Below are positions 46,663 to 55,969 of a stretch of DNA of 64,000 nt, piece by piece (position 1 is the first letter of the stretch; each line of letters opens with the position of its first letter). The notes under the pieces are model-generated. The model had not been told where the DNA came from. It did not search any database and saw only the letters and a program-made list of their open reading frames with translations. Origin of the DNA: Giardia intestinalis (lineage: Eukaryota); assembly GCA_000002435.2 (NCBI GenBank), contig CM018791.1. One strand, given 5' to 3'. Position numbers and translations under genes: made by a program.

Positions 46663-48183
46663 CTACTGCTCGGTCTCCTCGTAGATCGTGATCTCGGAGC
46701 AGTCTGCGCACCGGAGCCCGCTGTCCTCCGAGACGGGGACCTGGAAGATCACCCTGCAGAAGCGCATGAACCGGTTTGCGTACGCGTCGCTCGGGACCGC
46801 GGAGATCCCGTCCTTGTCTGCGCACAGCCCCTTCGCCCTGCGCTCGACGTGCTTGATGCTCCTGAACTCGGTGAGGAAGTCGACGACGCCCATGTGGAGG
46901 ACCCGGTAGTAGAGGGCCGACCCCCGCAGCGTGGGCCCCAGGGCGCAGGCGGGGGAGAACGCGTAGAGCCCGCCCTCCTCGCTGTGGAAGATGTCGCTGC
47001 TCTGGATGGCCGCCTCGAACGTGAAGCGGCGCCGGAAGACCTCCCGGAGGTACTCGTCGGGGGGCAGCGCGGCGAGGAACGCGGACGTCCCCCGGCTCCC
47101 CCCGGCCGCGATGCTGTGGCCCACCGGGGGCAGCATGTCCGAGACGTCCCGCGTGCTGAGGATGGTTCTCGGGGAGCTGGCAGCAAGAAGGCGGTCGTAG
47201 AAGCGCTGCACAGGGGTCTTGGCATCTTCGCTGTGGACTTTATCGGCTTCGATAGTGTTGTTGGTTGGCGTGCCCGGGGCCGCTGCGGGATCATCGTCAC
47301 GCTCTCTGTCCTGAATACACGGGATATCGTCCGTGAGACCCAAGAGTAGGCTGTAGTCTATCAGGTTGTGCTGCTTGAGCCAATCTGAGTCTGCCTTGAG
47401 CTGATGGATCAGGAGCCGCCGCCGGAGGGTTGTGAGGTAAATGTAGTTCTCCATATTTGTGTCCTTCAAGGTCTTTTTGGCCCGATCATCAGGAGCATGC
47501 AGCTTTGTGTGCCGGCCAACCCAGGAGCCCTTCAGGTCATACCGCTCAACTATCTTTCGAGGAGTGGCGAAAAGGTTTGGTATGATAATAAAATGCTTAC
47601 CATGCTTGGAGGTCCTATGTGGCGCTGAAGAAGTGCCGGGCTTACCGGTAGTGATAGTGAACATTGCGTAGATCCGGATGAGAAGTGAGCTAGGGTTATC
47701 TAGAAGGTGCCGCCCGTATGATGCGCAGATCTTTAGCATGAGAACAAGCTCCTTGGGCTTTAGTTGCTTAATAAGATACTTACCAGACTCGCTGAAAATA
47801 AAGAATGTGGGGCTTTTACCGGGCGACTTCATTAGCCCAGGGTGGCTGCATGTGACAAACTCTTTTAGCAGCGACTGAGGATTGAGGGAATCTTTTGTCA
47901 TTAGCGTTCTAAACATAGACGCATGATAGAAGATGGCAGTCAAATCGCTTCCAAGTGGCGCACTGGTGTTGGGATCCACCTCACTGCCGGGTAAAGCCAA
48001 TACTGTCATAAGGCCTTCTGTCTCGGAGCTGTATGGGTTCTCACCAGTCTGAGTTTGAGTTTCAATAACTTTTCCAATAGCCTGTTGCACGCGCCGTACA
48101 TGTGGATAGAGCGAACTCTGAACAGTCAGTTGCTCGCCAGAATATGGCCGTTGGTCATACTCCAACTTCCCCAACAGAACCAT
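46663..48183 (-). CDS. Phosphatidylinositol phosphate kinase (PIPK/PIP5K-domain) protein (506 aa)
   Basis: Real ATG after GATGATTAAAAA. PIPK core motifs are present: GKSPTFFIFSESGKYLIKQLKPKE (G-loop/substrate region), IDYSLLLGL (catalytic-loop region) and LHMGVVDFLTEFRSIKHVERRAKGL (activation-loop/C-terminal signature). The 3' ~640 nt are markedly GC-rich. Confidence 0.85.
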   Translation of the reverse strand: MVLLGKLEYDQRPYSGEQLTVQSSLYPHVRRVQQAIGKVIETQTQTGENPYSSETEGLMTVLALPGSEVDPNTSAPLGSDLTAIFYHASMFRTLMTKDSLNPQSLLKEFVTCSHPGLMKSPGKSPTFFIFSESGKYLIKQLKPKELVLMLKICASYGRHLLDNPSSLLIRIYAMFTITTGKPGTSSAPHRTSKHGKHFIIIPNLFATPRKIVERYDLKGSWVGRHTKLHAPDDRAKKTLKDTNMENYIYLTTLRRRLLIHQLKADSDWLKQHNLIDYSLLLGLTDDIPCIQDRERDDDPAAAPGTPTNNTIEADKVHSEDAKTPVQRFYDRLLAASSPRTILSTRDVSDMLPPVGHSIAAGGSRGTSAFLAALPPDEYLREVFRRRFTFEAAIQSSDIFHSEEGGLYAFSPACALGPTLRGSALYYRVLHMGVVDFLTEFRSIKHVERRAKGLCADKDGISAVPSDAYANRFMRFCRVIFQVPVSEDSGLRCADCSEITIYEETEQ

Positions 48184-48313
48184 TTTTTAATCATCCTCCG
48201 ACGCTTTTCCTTTCGATCGGATGCCAATATTATCCTATTTACTAAGATAGTACGAGCCATGAGAGGTATAGTGGCTGCGAATCCTATATATGTAAATAGA
48301 AAATAAAGAACTA

Positions 48314-48673
48314 ATGAGCACAGGACATAACGAGAAAGAGCACTCAATCACAGTAGACCTTCACGAGGAAATAGAAAACTTCATGAACAATGTGATCTCC
48401 CTAGAGGTGGAGCTTGCCTCCCACATTCGAGGACTGGATCTCATGTCTCACCAGCTAAACAAGATCATTGACAATCTCACTGGGTGTAAGACGCAGGAAG
48501 CAGAGTATGACAGTGACACCACAGATAATGGAGAGCCCCCGCGTCCCAAATACTCCATGGAAGGATTTGAGAAGCGTGTACAAGAGGTGATGGAAGAAAT
48601 AAATAAAGACGCCGTTGCGCTAAGGCATCTGCGTGAAGAAGCCATCCAAATCCGTGAGAATTGCTTGGCGTAA
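48314..48673 (+). CDS. Small coiled-coil hypothetical protein (119 aa)
   Basis: Real ATG with a strongly AT-rich leader (tatatatgtaaatagaaaataaagaactaATG). Acidic helical protein. Its stop is 7 nt from the convergent BBS9-like stop. Confidence 0.45.
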   Translation: MSTGHNEKEHSITVDLHEEIENFMNNVISLEVELASHIRGLDLMSHQLNKIIDNLTGCKTQEAEYDSDTTDNGEPPRPKYSMEGFEKRVQEVMEEINKDAVALRHLREEAIQIRENCLA

Positions 48674-48680
48674 GGATGCT

Positions 48681-51605
48681 CTATGCAAATCTGGCTAAAA
48701 GGCTGCGGGTTCCTAATCGAAGTTGATCTGGTGTTGGACAGTTGGCAAAGTCATATGTGCGTGGACTGGATACCGAATCGTCATCTTGTTTGGAATAATA
48801 TGTAATAAAGTAGTACAAGTGTGATGGGTGTTCGAACTCTGTCAGGCATTGGTGCAGCTGCTCAAAGCCCTCCTCCGTGGGCTCTCCTCTCATCAAGAAG
48901 CAAATACCTATAATACCTACAACTACGTTCATGCCCGCCCTTAGCTTTTGTAGCAGATGCTGATGGTTAGCAGACAGCTGTTGCGCATCACGAAGCTGCA
49001 GCTCGTAGTAGGACAAGAGAGCATCAACCTTCTCTCCTACATTCGTACACCGTGTAGCCGACAGGACGCTCTGACCCTGATTGAAGGTAGCCTGAGTAAG
49101 AAACCCAATACTTCCCAAAATGGACTGGTAGGAGAATTGAGAGTACTTAGGCAAGAGCTTAGTGAAGTCCACATCAAATGGCTGCGTGCCAAATGGAATC
49201 CGTGGAATGACTTCCGTGACAAGTTGCAGGACATCAGCAACAAGTTCCGAGGTTACACCCAAGCGTAGGTTGAGCTTCTCCAAGGCGTTGCTCAGCTCCA
49301 CACATTGGCCGTAGATATCCAGGAGTTTGTCAAGTATTAGCTCTTCGCTATAGTCTATACCCGTAATTTGGAAGAAGCTCTTGTATCCCAGAAGAAACTC
49401 TATCCCAAGGGGTAGTATTTCCAGAGCAGTTGCCGTAATGTGAAGCTGCATGTCCTGGAAAGAAACAACTACCTGGCCGTGGACTCCTGCAATTATGCAC
49501 ACAGCATTCGGCGACTTCTTCCCCACCTCAGAGAGGATAGATGCAGAGAAGGGCCGCTTAAGTAGGAGCTCATGAAGGGTAGAAAAAGACTCCTTAGGGC
49601 TTATCTTTAAAGAGACCCTTAAGGGTAGATCGGTGGCTTTCGGAAAAACAGAGCTCTCACGAACTAGAGCACTCGAAAACAATGGAAGGGATAGGCTGCG
49701 CGTTACAACAAAGGGTACTGACAGAAGACAGTCCTCTGACGGGATCTTTACATTGGCACAGATGGAAAGATGCAGAGATGGTGAGACAAAGAAGGAAAGA
49801 TCGGAGATCCCTAGCTTGATGTAGACAGTAGCCGGTGCTCCGCTGCCAAGATGCACTATTGTACTTGTTATTGATCTGAAGCATTCTCTATCCCCAAGTT
49901 GAATAAAAGAAGACGGTGGGCCTGCTAGTGGTGCATGGATATCTTTGTTATCAGAGGAAAGAAAAGAGGGATACTCTGCAAGGGACGATAGGTCGGTGAT
50001 GGGCTCCTCATAGCTTCCGCAGCCAGTAACTCCGAGCGTTGCCGAAGGCAATCGACCAGATACAGCTTTAAGTGTTAGTTCTATTATGGTGTAATTTGTG
50101 TTGCCATCCCGATAAAACTTACTGATGCCGCAGTTAACAGTAATGAGCTCATCCAAGCCTGTGCGCATGCTCGCATGCTGGGCTTTTAAAGCGCTTACTC
50201 GCTTCTGGGCTTCCTCCATCAAGGTCTTCGTTACAGCTTGTTTCGGGATAGCAATAGGTGAGAGAAGAGAAGGAAGCAAACTACTGGGTCTTCCATCAAC
50301 GTCCAAGGGGTTGGTCCCAAGGAGGTGAACCTGTATAGATCCACTGCGGGACTGGACCACAAACAAGCCATCCTGGCTACACATCTTTGGAGGACTACGA
50401 GGTACAAACAATTGGGCCATGTATTGCGGAGTATGAACGCCCACAGGCTCGTCGATGCTATCCGATAGCCTAGACGTCCATCTAAGTTCACCTCCGCGGA
50501 AGAAGTGAAGTGTCCTATTGGAGTCTAAGACAACAATTGACGAAATCTCAGGCAAATTGATCCTTCTCTGCCGAATCGGCTGGGAGGTGGACTCCTTTTC
50601 CTTGACTGGAGCTCTGAATAAGGCCATGCTGAATAAGAGCCCATCTGGGAGCTGATTTTCCACGGAAAGCAATCCTGTAGATGCGTTGACAAGTGTTATA
50701 CCGTGTGTGTGCAGAGCGATGACCTCGCCTTCCAGTCCTGAGTCTACTCCGAAGCAGCGGCCGTAGGAAAGTTGCTGAATCCGCTCACCAATGACATAAG
50801 TCCATTGTGGCTTCAGCGGAGAAGAGCGGACGTCCTTGCTTGATTGTGGCACACCGCGCAAAAGGGGGTTTCCCTCATCATTAAATGTACTTGCAGGTCC
50901 AGTTGCATCATGCTCGGTACTACTATTCCATGCTTCACCTCCAGTATCATTCATAACATCTGCACAGGAAAAAGATACAATCGTGTAATCAAACGTGGCT
51001 ATGACCAATGAGTTAGTCCCCGGGCAAAAGGCCATCGGAGTAGGGAAACTGTACATAAGTCCTAGACGGTGGGTGGCCATCACTCTACGGGCACAGATGT
51101 GTAGTATGCCATCGTCTGTCCTTACTGCAAGCCTACTATGATAGAGGGCAGCGCCGGCCTCAGTACTAGGACTTGGCAAGGTGATGACACATGTGGAAAT
51201 TATGTACCTGCTAAAGTGCACCGTACTCACCAGCTCTAAGCCTATATCGCCGTCTTGCAATCTTTTAGGAGTGTAGATACCAATCGAGTGGGGATGAACT
51301 ACCGCCAACTCCAAATTTTCGGGCTTGCTGGCCGCCTCGTCAATGAGCGGGGATGGACCAGTGAAGAAGCCCAACTCAAGGCCCAGAATGGGGTTTTCTG
51401 TCTCGCTAGAAAATACTGTGTTCGTGAGAGTCTCGGACTCGTTACTCTCAGTCCGCAGCACCGTGAGCCGCCCCGCCAGGGATCCGACGACAATCTGAGC
51501 CGAGTTGTTCTTGGCGCGCATCAGATTAAGGACTGCCACTGCCCTAGCATCCACACGCTCCTCCAAGGCGTGAGACCAGCAGGGAACCGTTGAAAAGAGA
51601 GACAT
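48681..51605 (-). CDS. BBS9/PTHB1-like protein (BBSome subunit; N-terminal beta-propeller + helical C-terminus), 974 aa
   Basis: Real ATG. The N-terminus MSLFS...W....NSAQIVVGSLAGRLTVL...NPILGLELGFFTG...LAVVHPHSIGIY parallels human PTHB1 MSLFKARDWW...NGQDKIIVGSFMGYLRIF...DPILQVEVGKFVSG...LAVLHSRKLCVY. The comparison is from memory, and the length matches. A CDS is certain; the family assignment is moderately confident. Confidence 0.6.
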   Translation of the reverse strand: MSLFSTVPCWSHALEERVDARAVAVLNLMRAKNNSAQIVVGSLAGRLTVLRTESNESETLTNTVFSSETENPILGLELGFFTGPSPLIDEAASKPENLELAVVHPHSIGIYTPKRLQDGDIGLELVSTVHFSRYIISTCVITLPSPSTEAGAALYHSRLAVRTDDGILHICARRVMATHRLGLMYSFPTPMAFCPGTNSLVIATFDYTIVSFSCADVMNDTGGEAWNSSTEHDATGPASTFNDEGNPLLRGVPQSSKDVRSSPLKPQWTYVIGERIQQLSYGRCFGVDSGLEGEVIALHTHGITLVNASTGLLSVENQLPDGLLFSMALFRAPVKEKESTSQPIRQRRINLPEISSIVVLDSNRTLHFFRGGELRWTSRLSDSIDEPVGVHTPQYMAQLFVPRSPPKMCSQDGLFVVQSRSGSIQVHLLGTNPLDVDGRPSSLLPSLLSPIAIPKQAVTKTLMEEAQKRVSALKAQHASMRTGLDELITVNCGISKFYRDGNTNYTIIELTLKAVSGRLPSATLGVTGCGSYEEPITDLSSLAEYPSFLSSDNKDIHAPLAGPPSSFIQLGDRECFRSITSTIVHLGSGAPATVYIKLGISDLSFFVSPSLHLSICANVKIPSEDCLLSVPFVVTRSLSLPLFSSALVRESSVFPKATDLPLRVSLKISPKESFSTLHELLLKRPFSASILSEVGKKSPNAVCIIAGVHGQVVVSFQDMQLHITATALEILPLGIEFLLGYKSFFQITGIDYSEELILDKLLDIYGQCVELSNALEKLNLRLGVTSELVADVLQLVTEVIPRIPFGTQPFDVDFTKLLPKYSQFSYQSILGSIGFLTQATFNQGQSVLSATRCTNVGEKVDALLSYYELQLRDAQQLSANHQHLLQKLRAGMNVVVGIIGICFLMRGEPTEEGFEQLHQCLTEFEHPSHLYYFITYYSKQDDDSVSSPRTYDFANCPTPDQLRLGTRSLLARFA

Positions 51606-51750
51606 AGTTCTCTGCCCAGGGCCAAAACGAGAAAAGATGAAAAAATATCACATCTGTACCCCAATGTGTAAAAATGTCACGCCATAATGCAAAACCTAAA
51701 TTTTATTTTAAATTCATTTTCAATGCTGCCCGAAAAGCGAGGACGACTCG
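51606..51750. promoter_or_regulatory. 145-bp divergent promoter region (BBS9-like / RPL21)
   Basis: AT-rich tracts (aaacctaaattttattttaaattcattttcaatg) lie immediately upstream of both divergent ATGs. Confidence 0.45.
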
Positions 51751-52230
51751 ATGACGCACAGCCAGGGGTACAGGTGTAAGACGCGCTACTGCTTCGCACG
51801 CAAGTTCCGTAGACACGGAATGGCCAACCTGACGACATACAACCGCGTCTACAAGCTCGGCCAGTACGTCAACATCAAGGTGAACGGGGCTTATCACAAG
51901 GGGATGCCCCACCGCTACTACAACGGGCGCACAGGCACAATCTTCAACATCGGGCCGCGTGCCCTCGGTGTCCAGATCCAGAAGCGCGTCCGCGGCCGCA
52001 TCATGCTCAAGCGCATCAATGTGCGTCTGGAGCACGTTCACCCGTCAGACTGCAGGAAGAACCACCTGGAGCGCGTTGCCGCCAACGACGCTGCCCGCAG
52101 GCTCGCGAAGGAGACCGGCCAGCCTGTCCCATGCCTCAAGAGACAAAACGCCCTTCCCAGGGCCGCACACGTGGTCAGCATAGCATCTGCCATCGACATC
52201 ACCCCACTCAAGTATGACGGAGTTTTCTAG
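51751..52230 (+). CDS. RPL21: 60S ribosomal protein L21e
   Basis: 159 aa. MTHSQGYRCKTRYCFARKFRRHG...KGMPHRYYNGRTGTIFNIG...KRINVRLEHV aligns along its length with eukaryotic L21e ([23 protein letters not shown]...KGMPHKCYHGKTGRVYNV...KRINVRIEHI). AGTAAAT lies at 52241-52247. Confidence 0.95.
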   Translation: MTHSQGYRCKTRYCFARKFRRHGMANLTTYNRVYKLGQYVNIKVNGAYHKGMPHRYYNGRTGTIFNIGPRALGVQIQKRVRGRIMLKRINVRLEHVHPSDCRKNHLERVAANDAARRLAKETGQPVPCLKRQNALPRAAHVVSIASAIDITPLKYDGVF

Positions 52231-52240
52231 GCTCCGACGA

Positions 52241-52247
52241 AGTAAAT
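52241..52247 (+). promoter_or_regulatory. Polyadenylation signal AGTAAAT for RPL21
   Basis: Exact AGTRAAY match 11 nt after the RPL21 TAG. Confidence 0.5.
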
Positions 52248-52261
52248 GGCCTGCGGGGCGG

Positions 52262-54076
52262 CTAGTGGAGGCTGGCCTTCCACCGGTTCCTCGACGCGCT
52301 CTCACCGCGCTGCTGGTTTGGGCCGAGGACTACATTCTGTGCCTTCGTGACTTGCTTCCGGGAAGATGGACGGACGATGTGCTGCTCCGGTATGGCTGAG
52401 TCGTTAATGATATTGAACCGCCGCCTTGGAGCCGCCGCAGCCGATTGTGCAGAGTACGCACGTGCCTTGAAGCTGTGAGGAGCGGTCGAGGTGGCAAAGA
52501 AGCTCGGGGATGGATCGTTGGGGTGCATGGACGGAAGAGCAACTCCTGGGGCTGTTAGTGAATTCGGGTTTAGCTCCCCTTCTGGTGTATTTTGAATGCA
52601 CGAAAACGAAGCTGCATACCTACTGAAGGACGCCTCGAGGTTATCTAGTTCGCGATATTGAAGCTGCATCACCTCTAGTGAAGCGGGCCCGGCGGCTGTC
52701 CTTGCTCTGAGCTGGTTAGGTCTGATGGAAGCCCCAGGGAGAAGGCTCTCAGGTGCTATGTCCGATGTGTCTGAGGAGTGATCTGGCAAAGCGTGTTCTT
52801 GGTCATAGCTGTGCACAGAGCTTTCTGCCAGTGTGCTGGATGTGTTGCTTCTGGTGATGTAAACATGTCCCGAACCCTCTGGGCACGAGGCTGGTAGTAT
52901 AGCAGGGTCCTGCTGGCCCCGCGGTGGCTTACTGCTTGTGGTGTGCTTCTGAATTGATGCCGATGTTTTGCCTAGTGAGTTACTCGCCAGAGCACTCATC
53001 TGGAGCCCCGAGCTCCCTTCCTTTGTAGAAACAACGCTGGGACCCACTGGTGTTACGGTAGAGATAGCTGGTTTGGTGAAGGTTGGCGGCGGACTGTGGG
53101 AAAGCTCTACAATCATGGGCTCCACAGTTGGTATAGACTGGATTGGCCCTGCATGAGTCTCCTTTTTCTGACCTGCAACGGACCGTGCACCTGGCGCACA
53201 GAAAGATATAATCGGAGGCCTGCGGTACTCCCGCTGCATCTCAGTAGTGGATGATGGATTGCTCGAAGAAACAGATGTCCTAGCGCACGAATCATGCAGC
53301 CGCTGAAGCTCACCAGCGGTTTCAGCATCAGTGTGGGTAACGACCTGGGTATTCTTTGTACATGCAACTTCCCGAGCGATGGAGCAGGGGTCTCTGTATA
53401 TGGTGAGATCTATTGAGTCATCACATACTTGTGAACTTTGAGAATCTAGCGTTCCACCATCAGTGAGGTGAAAGGTAGCAGATCCTGGGAAAAGGGAACC
53501 GCCGTGAGACCGTGCCCTCTCATATGATGTCCTACGCTCAAGACGACTAGTTCCCCGACCATCAGCAGATCTTTGTGCCAAAAAGGAACTGATAAGGGAG
53601 CAGCCGCTCTTTTGTTGTGCCGCAGACTGCTTCTCTGCCCCTAGTGTGTACCTGCTCAGCACCCGAACAGACACCGGCCGCGGTACACGCGTACGTACTT
53701 CTGGCTTGACATACTCGTCTCCTATGTTGCACAGGGTGGCAGCCTGTGGTAGATGTATGGATCTGTCTCTATCCCATGATGACTTGGGGCCGTCTGCAAT
53801 GCTCAAAAGCACTCTCTGCGGACGGATGTTGGCGCCATCTGGCACATTTGGCAGTAGGTATTCCATACCGCGCACAAATGCACGGCCAGCGTTAGTCTTG
53901 GACGGCAGAATGGAGATGTGGTCCCGCATTTCATTACACAGAATCGGCTGTCCTTTCTTTGGAGCATCAATCTTATCTGATCCTATAGGGCTGTTAACGT
54001 ATGAAATTTTCCTCAATTTTCCAGTCCTATTGCTGGTAGTGCGTAGAGCTTGTGTTGCGATCACTCCTGGATCCAT
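52262..54076 (-). CDS. Ser/Pro/Thr-rich hypothetical protein (604 aa from first ATG)
   Basis: The track ORF starts at a TTG. The first ATG (54076) follows TAGAAGATTTAAAAAT. The product is low-complexity and likely disordered. It converges on RPL21 with 31 nt between stops. Confidence 0.6.
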   Translation of the reverse strand: MDPGVIATQALRTTSNRTGKLRKISYVNSPIGSDKIDAPKKGQPILCNEMRDHISILPSKTNAGRAFVRGMEYLLPNVPDGANIRPQRVLLSIADGPKSSWDRDRSIHLPQAATLCNIGDEYVKPEVRTRVPRPVSVRVLSRYTLGAEKQSAAQQKSGCSLISSFLAQRSADGRGTSRLERRTSYERARSHGGSLFPGSATFHLTDGGTLDSQSSQVCDDSIDLTIYRDPCSIAREVACTKNTQVVTHTDAETAGELQRLHDSCARTSVSSSNPSSTTEMQREYRRPPIISFCAPGARSVAGQKKETHAGPIQSIPTVEPMIVELSHSPPPTFTKPAISTVTPVGPSVVSTKEGSSGLQMSALASNSLGKTSASIQKHTTSSKPPRGQQDPAILPASCPEGSGHVYITRSNTSSTLAESSVHSYDQEHALPDHSSDTSDIAPESLLPGASIRPNQLRARTAAGPASLEVMQLQYRELDNLEASFSRYAASFSCIQNTPEGELNPNSLTAPGVALPSMHPNDPSPSFFATSTAPHSFKARAYSAQSAAAAPRRRFNIINDSAIPEQHIVRPSSRKQVTKAQNVVLGPNQQRGESASRNRWKASLH

Positions 54077-54181
54077 ATTTTTAAATCTTCTAGACCCTCC
54101 CAAGCAGAGCCCAAAACCCGAAAGTGTGTCTCTGGCTCCCAAAGAGCCAGGTGATAGAGATTTACACGACAAACTAGATAA

Positions 54182-55849
54182 CTAAGCAAAGAAATCAAAA
54201 TTATCTGGATTGCGTTCTATTGGGTCAGGCAATGCAGATTGGTGCTGGCGTGCAGTAGAGTTGAGGGTGTCCATAATTTTGTCATCGATGTCGTCGCTAA
54301 AGTGGTCAAAGTCATCTTTATAGATCTCATCATAATTATCGCCTGCTCCCCGCCGTGACTTAGCTGTATCAATGCGTCTGCTGACTTCCTTGCGGATCTC
54401 GTCTTCGATCACCGCCTTCTCTATATCCTCCTTCTTGAGGTGTACACCCGTCACATCGTACTCGCTACCCTTGCCCGGAGAGACCTGAGATATGTAAGCA
54501 GAGTAGCCCTCCACCAGCTCCACCTGGTCAATGGCACTAGGGGTCTCCACAATGGCAATGCCACCAACACCACCTCTGGATGGCGGAAGGTCCGCTTGGC
54601 GAGGAGGTGTGTTGAGTCCGTTGAGGGGAAGCGGTGGGTCAAAGACGACAGCCTTCAGTCTGCGATCAGGGGAGTACGCTATGTCCGCATCATGCTCTGC
54701 CGCTTCCAGGTATTGATCCTTCGCTGCTCTGTCAAAGGAGGAGCGATCTCTGAACTCAGTAGTGGGTGCGCTGGTTTTCTCGGCGGTCGTAGTTACCTTA
54801 TCCGGTGTGCTTGAAGCAGGATCAGTAAAGGACTGAGGAGCCGAATTCTTTGCGATCGGCGAGGCCTTCTTACTGGGTATGTGGCTTGGTTGCCGAGTTA
54901 CTACAGGTTCCCCATATGGAGAGGTCTGTTGAGGAGTTCTAGTGAGCGAGGCCTCCTTTAGAGTTGCGCTGTGTGCGGTAACCGCGCTCACACTCAGCAT
55001 ATCGGTATTGTACTGGTTGTTTGCCTTTTGTATGAGCTCGTTGACATTCTGCTTGACACCCGGCGCCCCTGCTCTGGCCGCAGGTCGGTCAGAGGTCTTC
55101 CTTTCACTAACATCTTCCCGCACCTCCATCAGTGGCATTCCAATGTCTTTGTACATCTTTTGTAGCTCCGCTGGTGCAACCCCTGCCTGTACAAGCTCCT
55201 CCTGCAGTTTTGAAATCACCTCTATGTTATCGTCTCGTTGCTTGCGTAAATTCTCGATGCTCCGCTGCGCTGCTGCATAGTCCTGGTTCTTCTTCTGAAC
55301 GTCTTGGTGGTGTATTTCGGCACCCTTTGCTAGACTGTCTTCAAATATTGCTTTCTTCTTGGCGTAGTAATCCTTTTCTTTCTGCGCAGCCAGGAGATTC
55401 CTTACGGCGCGGAGCATATCAAGGTCGCGGAGCATATGGTTCCCGGCTTTGTCTGACACGCTTGTATTCGCACTAGAGTCCGGATCTCCATGTATACTCT
55501 CAGAATCCTTACTCCTCCATTCCAGCTCAGCCAGAAGCCGATGTACGTTAGCCTTACCTGTCTCTATCTGCTTTGCAAGCCTGATCATTTCAGTTCGCAG
55601 AGCGGCCTTGCGTGTCTCCGGATCAACATCCTGGAGCCGGAGGAGCTTCTCACTGTTCTTTTCTATGAGGACCTGCTTTTCGCGCAGATGCTGCTTTAGG
55701 CTCTTGATGTCCGTCAGACACGACCTAAACTCCTCCCGCAGCACACCTATGTCATTGGTGTGGCGGACCGACTGGGGAAGGATCTGATGCGGATGTTGTG
55801 CTTTTGTCACCGGTGCATCGCCCTGATGCATGCGAGGCTTTGGCGGCAT
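54182..55849 (-). CDS. Hypothetical protein with N-terminal coiled-coil and S/T/P-rich C-terminus (555 aa)
   Basis: ATG at 55849, one codon inside the track's TTG start, after AT-rich TAATTACATTTGCATAG... Heptad-rich residues ~30-230. No recognisable domain. Confidence 0.7.
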   Translation of the reverse strand: MPPKPRMHQGDAPVTKAQHPHQILPQSVRHTNDIGVLREEFRSCLTDIKSLKQHLREKQVLIEKNSEKLLRLQDVDPETRKAALRTEMIRLAKQIETGKANVHRLLAELEWRSKDSESIHGDPDSSANTSVSDKAGNHMLRDLDMLRAVRNLLAAQKEKDYYAKKKAIFEDSLAKGAEIHHQDVQKKNQDYAAAQRSIENLRKQRDDNIEVISKLQEELVQAGVAPAELQKMYKDIGMPLMEVREDVSERKTSDRPAARAGAPGVKQNVNELIQKANNQYNTDMLSVSAVTAHSATLKEASLTRTPQQTSPYGEPVVTRQPSHIPSKKASPIAKNSAPQSFTDPASSTPDKVTTTAEKTSAPTTEFRDRSSFDRAAKDQYLEAAEHDADIAYSPDRRLKAVVFDPPLPLNGLNTPPRQADLPPSRGGVGGIAIVETPSAIDQVELVEGYSAYISQVSPGKGSEYDVTGVHLKKEDIEKAVIEDEIRKEVSRRIDTAKSRRGAGDNYDEIYKDDFDHFSDDIDDKIMDTLNSTARQHQSALPDPIERNPDNFDFFA

Positions 55850-55969
55850 CAATTATGTGCTTTTCTATCTGTGCTATGCAAATGTAATTAAGTATGAAAT
55901 TTGTGTTTTAAATACATTTCAACTATTTTTACACAATCTCAAAACACAAAAGGAAACCCAGAGCGACGA
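55850..55969. promoter_or_regulatory. 120-bp AT-rich divergent promoter region (coiled-coil gene / DNAAF1-like)
   Basis: aattatgtgcttttctatctgtgctatgcaaatgtaattaagtatgaaatttgtgttttaaatacatttcaactatttttacacaatctcaaaacac lies between divergent ATGs. Confidence 0.45.
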
